From assembly GCA_051117555.1 (NCBI GenBank), contig JBNPEG010000163.1:1-14504 (forward strand): a stretch of 14,504 bases of DNA, read 5' to 3'. This document shows positions 6,726-14,504 of this stretch, in pieces. Below the pieces are notes generated by a model. That model was given only the letters and a program-made list of their open reading frames with translations, was not told the DNA's origin and searched no databases. The stretch comes from Elainellaceae cyanobacterium. Lineage in GTDB: Bacteria; Cyanobacteriota; Cyanobacteriia; CAZCXK01. Each line of letters begins with the position of its first letter. Position 1 is the stretch's first letter. Both the position numbers and the translations under genes were made by a program.

Positions 6726-7355
6726 ATGAAAGTCAAAGCTACTACCATCTTTTTGATTACAATTGCAGCCGTTTTAGGCATTGTCGTCTACGCCGAGCTG
6801 CAAGGAACGGGCAATCCAAACGGCTCTGACGGCGAGGCTCAACCCATTTTTGCGTTCGAAGAAGACGATGTTGACTCATTGGCAGTGACAACTGGCTCAG
6901 ACACCGTTGCGTTTGAACGAGACGATGCGGGGGACTGGCAGATGATCGAGCCAGAGCAATCTCCTGCCAGTGAGGCATCCGTAGCATATTTGCTGAATTT
7001 ATTAGCAACCGGAGAGAGCGATCGCACATTGACCGTTTCTCCAGATGAGTTAGAAAACTATGGATTGGAGCAGCCCGTTGCCACCATCCAAGTTGAGCTA
7101 GACAATGAAACCGATCATCAACTCCTGCTCGGAGATTTGGACTTCAGCGGGAGCTTTCTCTATGCTCAAGCCGATCCATCCTCAGAGCCAGCGGACGACG
7201 AAGTCGACATACTGCTCGTTTCAACAGACTTTGAAAATGCGGTCAATCGCCCGATCGATGACTGGAAAGAGCAGCCCGAAGATGCCCAGGATGAGCCATC
7301 AGTCCCGACTCCCGAACCTTCGCCAGCACCCGTCTCTCCAGCCCCCAGTCCTTAG
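6726..7355 (+). CDS. DUF4340 domain protein
   Basis: MKVKATT followed by a hydrophobic anchor, with WQMIEP, LENYGLEQP and NRPIDDWK motifs and a Pro-rich tail. It occupies the usual position after GldG. The ATG at 6726 is preferred over 6696. Confidence 0.82.
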   Translation: MKVKATTIFLITIAAVLGIVVYAELQGTGNPNGSDGEAQPIFAFEEDDVDSLAVTTGSDTVAFERDDAGDWQMIEPEQSPASEASVAYLLNLLATGESDRTLTVSPDELENYGLEQPVATIQVELDNETDHQLLLGDLDFSGSFLYAQADPSSEPADDEVDILLVSTDFENAVNRPIDDWKEQPEDAQDEPSVPTPEPSPAPVSPAPSP

Positions 7356-7431
7356 CGAGCAGAAAATCCCTACTATAGAGCGTTCCAGCATAAAATCGGG
7401 GTGACAAAATCTGCGTTCTCCTGCTTGAGTT

Positions 7432-8286
7432 ATGACATGCCCAACTGCGACGCTTCTCGTTTCGTGTCCGGATCAAAAAGGACTCGTTGCAAAAATTGCC
7501 AACTTCATTTACTCAAACGGTGGCAATATCATTCATGCTGATCAGCATACCGACGCAGCCGCAGGACTGTTTCTCACCCGCATTGAATGGCAGCTAACCG
7601 ACTTTAACCTGCCTCGCGAGATTATCGGCCCTGCATTCGAGGCGATCGCCAAACCGCTTCATGCCAATTGGCAACTTCATTTTTCTGACACCATTCCTCG
7701 AATTGCCATTTGGGTAACCAAGCAAGATCACTGCCTCCTCGATTTGCTCTGGCGACAGCAAGCAGGAGAGTTTTCGGCTGAGATTCCGCTGATTATTAGC
7801 AACCATGCGCAACTCCAACCCATTGCTCAGCAGTTTGGCATTGATTATCACCATCTTTCAATTACGCCTGATACCAAACAAAAGCAAGAAGCCGCCCAAA
7901 TTGAGCTACTTCAGACCTACCAAATTGATTTAGTGATTTTGGCTAAGTATATGCAAGTACTGAGCGCTAACCTACTTCAGCAGTATCCTAGAATCATCAA
8001 CATTCATCATTCGTTTTTACCGGCGTTTGCGGGCGCAAATCCGTATCATCGTGCTCACGAACGAGGCGTCAAAATTATTGGAGCAACGGCCCACTATGCG
8101 ACGCAAGATCTAGACGAAGGGCCCATCATTGAGCAAGATGTGGTGCGCGTTAGCCACCGCGATGAAGTTACCGATCTAATTCGCAAAGGTAAAGATCTAG
8201 AGCGGATGGTATTAGCTAGAGCCGTTCGCCTCCATTTGCAAAATCGTGTTTTAGTCTACGGAAACCGAACGGTTGTGTTTGCTTAA
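7432..8286 (+). CDS. purU: Formyltetrahydrofolate deformylase
   Basis: N-terminal ACT domain (CPDQKGLVAKI), INIHHSFLPAF, GVKIIGATAHY, LDEGPIIEQDV and RTVVF; 284 aa. Confidence 0.97.
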   Translation: MTCPTATLLVSCPDQKGLVAKIANFIYSNGGNIIHADQHTDAAAGLFLTRIEWQLTDFNLPREIIGPAFEAIAKPLHANWQLHFSDTIPRIAIWVTKQDHCLLDLLWRQQAGEFSAEIPLIISNHAQLQPIAQQFGIDYHHLSITPDTKQKQEAAQIELLQTYQIDLVILAKYMQVLSANLLQQYPRIINIHHSFLPAFAGANPYHRAHERGVKIIGATAHYATQDLDEGPIIEQDVVRVSHRDEVTDLIRKGKDLERMVLARAVRLHLQNRVLVYGNRTVVFA

Positions 8287-8395
8287 ATCGGTCTATGCCA
8301 CCCAGCCTCGCTGTCGCACCAAAAATGCGATCGCCCGCCCTGGCAAAATCATTAGAAAGTCTCGACCTGGTGTTTCATGAAATGTTCTCGGTAAA

Positions 8396-9349
8396 TTACC
8401 GGCTGCTCAAGAATTCTTGAATTCGATTCCAGACCCGATCTACCAAATCGGGGCGATCGCAATCAAACCACTCAATCGTTGAGTCTGCCCGAAACCAGGT
8501 ACGCTGGCGTTTTGCAAACTGGCGTGTATGGCGAACCGTTAGTAATTCTGCCTCCCGTAATGAGATATCCCCTGCTAAATACTGCCTCATTTCTTGATAT
8601 CCCAGCGTATTCAATAGAGGCAGATTCACTCCGTATTTCTGACACAACGTGCGCACCTCATCGACAAACCCAGCTCCTATCATGCCTTGGGTGCGCTGCT
8701 CAATCCGCCGAGCCAATCCTTCTGCATTGACGCAATCTAGCCCTAGTTGCAGAATTGGATAGGTCGGCGGGTCTTCTCCTTGCTGCGCTGACATGGGTAC
8801 TCCCGTCACATAAAACACCTCCAGCGATCGCAGCGTCCGCACCTGGTCGTGAGGATGCACCTTGTGCGCCGAGTCGGGATCAACCTGTCGCAGCATGGCA
8901 TAACACTGAACTTGACCCAATGCGGCCAACTGCGATCGCAACTCGGGTTGAGGCTCTACCCGAGGAATCTTTAACCCCCGTACGATTGACTTGATATATA
9001 AGCCAGTGCCGCCAACGAGGAAGGGAATCGCATCAGGCAGGAATCGTCGAGGAACGAAGGAGCCGGTAACAGACTCGCCATTAATTCCATGATGAAATCG
9101 TCGAATTAACGCCTGGGCATGGTGTTGATAGTCCGCCAGCGTAAATGTCTCGGTTGGGTCACAAATGTCGATGAGATAATGGGGAACCTGCTTTCTTTCG
9201 TCGATGGAAGGTTTTGCTGTGCCAATATTAAATTCTCGGTAGACTTGGCGAGAATCGGCGCTTAAAATGGCAGCGGAGCGTCGTTGAGCCAGGGCGATCG
9301 CCAAGCCCGATTTTCCCGTCGCAGTCGGACCACAAATTACGATTAACAC
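8396..9349 (-). CDS. miaA: tRNA (adenosine(37)-N6)-dimethylallyltransferase
   Basis: GPTATGKS, SADSRQVYREFNIGTAKP, VGGTGLY, RTLRSLEV and TRQFAKRQRTWF. GTG start; there is no in-frame ATG before the upstream stop. Confidence 0.97.
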   Translation of the reverse strand: MLIVICGPTATGKSGLAIALAQRRSAAILSADSRQVYREFNIGTAKPSIDERKQVPHYLIDICDPTETFTLADYQHHAQALIRRFHHGINGESVTGSFVPRRFLPDAIPFLVGGTGLYIKSIVRGLKIPRVEPQPELRSQLAALGQVQCYAMLRQVDPDSAHKVHPHDQVRTLRSLEVFYVTGVPMSAQQGEDPPTYPILQLGLDCVNAEGLARRIEQRTQGMIGAGFVDEVRTLCQKYGVNLPLLNTLGYQEMRQYLAGDISLREAELLTVRHTRQFAKRQRTWFRADSTIEWFDCDRPDLVDRVWNRIQEFLSSR

Positions 9350-9584
9350 AGATAAAAATTTTCCCTCGGCAAATTTATTCCTGAAACGTTTCCCAAATAT
9401 AGTACTCTAGTATTAAGTAGGGGCAAAATAATTAAGGCTAACGGTGTCAGACCTTGCTTAGGAATAGAGATTTAGTACCGTGACATGGTTTGGATAAGGG
9501 CATAGCATGCCCCCTACAAATGTGACGATTTGGCAGATTATTTAATCATGTTCTTTAAGAAATATTTTGATTAACTGGCTAAGT

Positions 9585-9633
9585 AGTCAGACTCAATAGT
9601 CAGACTCAACAGTCAGACTCAACAGTCAGATTC
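9585..9633. repeat. 13-bp tandem repeat (AGTCAGACTCAAY), 3 full copies plus 1 partial
   Basis: Copies at 9585, 9598 and 9611, with partial AGTCAGATTC at 9624. Confidence 0.92.
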
Positions 9634-9713
9634 GTGAATTAATGAGAAATTCTATTCCATACCTACTAAAAACTTTACCTAAAATTGCTCTAGAATCGCT
9701 TCAGAGCCTTTTA

Positions 9714-11728
<2,015 letters not shown>

Positions 11729-11819
11729 TCGACCCTTCGATCCGCAACATTACCCAATACCATTGCCGACGTTATTCCTTGGCTCGGCTATCTCCATAAC
11801 TTTATTCAGAAGACCCTCT

Positions 11820-11847
11820 AAACCAGCTTCTGGAGGTGGTTTTGCTT
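11820..11847 (+). terminator. Possible weak terminator hairpin downstream of gyrB
   Basis: AAACCA-G-CTTC-TG-GAGG-TGGTTT followed by TGCTT. The stem is imperfect and the U-tract is short. Confidence 0.3.
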
Positions 11848-11940
11848 GAGAAGAATTATCAAAATCTTCCAGGGCGACCGCTAGATCGGTTATGCTTACA
11901 TTCGTCTCGACCGCATGACCACCCGTATAGTTGAATCTTT

Positions 11941-13530
11941 ATGCACGTTTTATTGCTTTATCCCCTTTTCCCCAAGTCGTTCTGGTCATTCGATAAGGCT
12001 CTAGAATTGATTGGTCGAAAAGTTGCGATGCCGCCGCTGAGCTTAGTCACGGTCGCTGCGATTTTACCTCAACAGTGGGAATTTCGTCTGGTAGACCGTA
12101 ATATTGGCTATGAGAGCGAAGCAGATTGGTATTGGGCCGATCTTGTCATCATTTCAGGAATGATCGTCCAAAAGCCTGACATGCTCTACTTGATTGAAAC
12201 TGCTAAGCAACGAGGCAAATGCGTTGCAGTTGGCGGTCCGTATGCGACCTCTGTGCCCGATGCAGTTCAAGAGGCCGGGGCAGATTTTCTTGTCTTAGAC
12301 GAGGGTGAAATCACGCTGCCGATGTTAGTTGATGCGTTAGAGCGAGGAGAAACATCCGGCATATTTCGATCCGACGGTGAAAAGCCTGATGTCACAACGA
12401 CTCCGGTTCCTCGGTTTGATTTGCTTAATCTCGACGCATATGGAGATATGGCGGTGCAGTTCTCAAGGGGCTGTCCGTTTCAGTGTGAATTTTGCGATAT
12501 TATCGTCCTCTATGGGCGCAAGCCTCGGACTAAAACGCCGGCTCAACTGCTGGCAGAGCTACAAGCGCTCTATGACTTGGGCTGGCGGCGCTCTATTTTT
12601 ATGGTGGATGATAACTTTATTGGCAATAAGCGCAATGTCAAGCTGATGCTCAAAGAGCTCATCCCCTGGATGGCAGAACGGGATTATCCGTTTAGCTTTT
12701 CTACAGAAGCCTCGGTTGATTTGGCGCAGGATCAAGACCTACTCGATCTGATGATTGCAGCCAACTTTAGCGCGGTCTTTTTAGGCATTGAAACCCCCGA
12801 CACCGATAGCCTGTCGTTGACTCAGAAGTTTCAAAATACGAGGAATTCTCTCGTTGAGTCTGTTCAGATCATCAATCGATCGGGGCTTAGAGTCATGGCA
12901 GGCTTTATTATTGGCTTTGATGGTGAGAAGGCGGGTGCGGGCGATCGCATTATTGATTTTGTGGAAGCCACAGCGATTCCCCAAGCTTTATTTAGTATGC
13001 TACAAGCGTTGCCAAATACCGCACTCTGGCATCGACTCGAACGAGAACAGCGGTTACTAGCGAGAGACGACGAAGCCAATATCCACCAGACGACGCTAAT
13101 TAATTTTGTGCCAACTCGTCCGCTCGAAGATATTGCTCGCGAGTATGTTCGCTGCTTCTGGGATTTATATGAGCCCAATCGCTATCTAGCACGGGTTTAT
13201 CGTCACTTTTTGGAGATGAAGCCCAAACCCCATAAGAAGACATTCAAAATGCCTGATTTGCTTGCTTTTCGAGCGTTATTTACGATCTGTTGGCGACAGG
13301 GAATTAAGCGCAATACCCGCGTTCAGTTTTGGCAACAACTCTTTGCTATCATTCGCCATAATCCGCGAGTATTTCAGCACTACTTGACCAACTGTGCGCT
13401 CTTAGAACACCTGCTTGATTATCGCTATATTGTGCGCAACGAGATTGATGCTCAACTGGTTGACTATTTACGTACAACATCGGTTGTCGAGGAGTGTTTG
13501 CCGGTTGCACCGGAGCCAACATATCTTTGA
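11941..13530 (+). CDS. B12-binding domain radical SAM protein (DUF4070-type C-terminus)
   Basis: Cobalamin-binding N-terminal region (LYPLFPKSFWSF, VAVGGPYATS, DEGE), CxxxCxxC motif RGCPFQCEFC, MVDDNFIGN, FLGIETP and GFIIGFDGE. Confidence 0.92.
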   Translation: MHVLLLYPLFPKSFWSFDKALELIGRKVAMPPLSLVTVAAILPQQWEFRLVDRNIGYESEADWYWADLVIISGMIVQKPDMLYLIETAKQRGKCVAVGGPYATSVPDAVQEAGADFLVLDEGEITLPMLVDALERGETSGIFRSDGEKPDVTTTPVPRFDLLNLDAYGDMAVQFSRGCPFQCEFCDIIVLYGRKPRTKTPAQLLAELQALYDLGWRRSIFMVDDNFIGNKRNVKLMLKELIPWMAERDYPFSFSTEASVDLAQDQDLLDLMIAANFSAVFLGIETPDTDSLSLTQKFQNTRNSLVESVQIINRSGLRVMAGFIIGFDGEKAGAGDRIIDFVEATAIPQALFSMLQALPNTALWHRLEREQRLLARDDEANIHQTTLINFVPTRPLEDIAREYVRCFWDLYEPNRYLARVYRHFLEMKPKPHKKTFKMPDLLAFRALFTICWRQGIKRNTRVQFWQQLFAIIRHNPRVFQHYLTNCALLEHLLDYRYIVRNEIDAQLVDYLRTTSVVEECLPVAPEPTYL

Positions 13531-13589
13531 TCGGCAAGCAAAAGTAATATGGCAGCGTGCTCAATTCTACAGTCCTAGGAGCTTAGATT

Positions 13590-13628
13590 CGTACACAGAA
13601 TCCCTGTGTCGCAGGAGTTCTGCGTACG
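13590..13628. terminator. Long imperfect hairpin downstream of the radical SAM gene (terminator or 3' stabiliser)
   Basis: CGTACACAGAATCCCTG-TGTCG-CAGGAGTTCTGCGTACG forms a 17-bp stem with 2 mismatches and one G-U pair. No poly-U follows. Confidence 0.45.
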
Positions 13629-13660
13629 TTCGACATCTCAGCGCAAAAGCAGTGAGGTTA

Positions 13661-13687
13661 TACAATAGAAGTACAGCATTGAGAGGA
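13661..13687 (+). promoter_or_regulatory. Possible -10 box and RBS for the 13695 gene
   Basis: TACAAT at 13661-13666. GAGAGGA at 13681-13687, 7 nt before the ATG. Confidence 0.45.
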
Positions 13688-13694
13688 ACACGCC

Positions 13695-14075
13695 ATGATT
13701 TTGCGCTATGTTCTGGCATGGATTCCGATGATGTTTATTGGAATCGTGAATGGCATCATTCGAGAGGTAACCTACCAGAAGTATCTCAGTGAACTACGTG
13801 CTCACCAACTTTCTACCATGATTGGAGTTTTGTTGCTGGGGCTTTATATCGGCTTGATCACGAGTCTTTGGGGGTTTGAATCACTCACGCAAGCCTGTCT
13901 TGTTGGAGGCATTTGGCTTGGGCTGACAGTCGCCTTTGAATTTGGGTTTGGCCATTATGTAGCAAAGCGCCCTTGGACTACGCTAATTAGCGATTACAAC
14001 GTTCTGACAGGGAGGATATGGATTTTCGTTTTGATTTGGATCGCCATTGCACCAGTACTTTTTTACACGTTGTAA
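13695..14075 (+). CDS. Hypothetical small membrane protein (126 aa, ~4 TM)
   Basis: Good RBS, four hydrophobic segments, and conserved-looking motifs NGIIRE, WLGLTVAFEFGFGHY and YNVLTGRIW. Confidence 0.85.
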   Translation: MILRYVLAWIPMMFIGIVNGIIREVTYQKYLSELRAHQLSTMIGVLLLGLYIGLITSLWGFESLTQACLVGGIWLGLTVAFEFGFGHYVAKRPWTTLISDYNVLTGRIWIFVLIWIAIAPVLFYTL

Positions 14076-14088
14076 CACGTTGCCGGTG

Positions 14089-14118
14089 TATCACGTACAG
14101 AAATGGTAGTACGGGATA
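14089..14118. terminator. Hairpin between convergent genes
   Basis: TATCACGTAC and GTACGGGATA pair at 9/10 positions with a 10-nt loop. Confidence 0.3.
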
Positions 14119-14124
14119 GCGAGC

Positions 14125-14504
14125 TTAACGTGTTGGATATTGCATTGGACTGGCTGCTAAATCCTCTGCGTTGCGCTCCGGCAAAGAGGTAAGCACGTTT
14201 ACTTGTACGAGAGGGGTAATATTTGGCATCACTTGTTCAAGCTTGTTTTGAAGGTCGGCTGTCAGGTCGGCACGGATTGCCTCTGGGGATAGTTGATTCT
14301 GGGGCTGTCGCTGGACGTAGAGCACGCAGAGCAGAGTATGTTGATTTTAATTTGCTCCGGCGCTGAATCGGCTGGCAGATAGAGCGCCATTACGGCTGCC
14401 GGTAACAGCGTGACTCGCATGTCTGGAATGGTTTCGAGCTGATGTAGAAGTCCTTCCACCTGCTGATTGGAGACGTGGATCAGCACTAATTCAATCGGAT
14501 CGTG
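14125..14504 (-). pseudogene. Probable DUF389-family gene remnant (internal deletion plus frameshift); 5' end lies outside the window
   Basis: One frame reads HDPIELVLIHVSNQQVEGLL...LPADSAPEQI. At ~14345-14352 another frame continues NQHTLLCVLYVQRQ...NITPLVQVNVL. From memory these match the N- and C-terminal soluble parts of cyanobacterial DUF389 proteins. No TM core lies between them. Confidence 0.6.

Noticed and set aside
8290..8350. ZTP riboswitch-like 3' motif (CGCCCGCCCTGGCA) near purU
   Set aside because: It lies downstream of purU, lacks the 5' aptamer half, and overlaps a HIP1 site.

Overview
Cyanobacterial chromosomal DNA, judged by about 23 copies of the HIP1 octamer GCGATCGC and cyanobacterial-type proteins. 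Most of the window is conserved genes: a GldA/GldF/GldG-like ABC transporter plus DUF4340 cluster, purU, divergent miaA and gyrB, a B12-binding radical SAM (DUF4070-type) protein and a small membrane protein. At the left is an HTH + AAA-like (AAA_35) gene with degenerate Walker motifs and an extra SH3-like C-terminal module. It is flanked on both sides by repeat-rich DNA. The most unusual signal is non-coding. At 60-276 and 2536-2976, palindromic REP-like elements, some inside a TA-bounded MITE, are interrupted by five separate 15-28 nt micro-insertions. One has an exact 10-bp flanking duplication and two end in GTCTAC. At the right edge, a probable DUF389-family gene appears to have lost its membrane core, leaving the N- and C-terminal parts joined one base out of frame. 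I cannot support a new multi-gene system here. The nested micro-element region is the best candidate for something under-described. All family assignments come from recalled motifs, not database searches.
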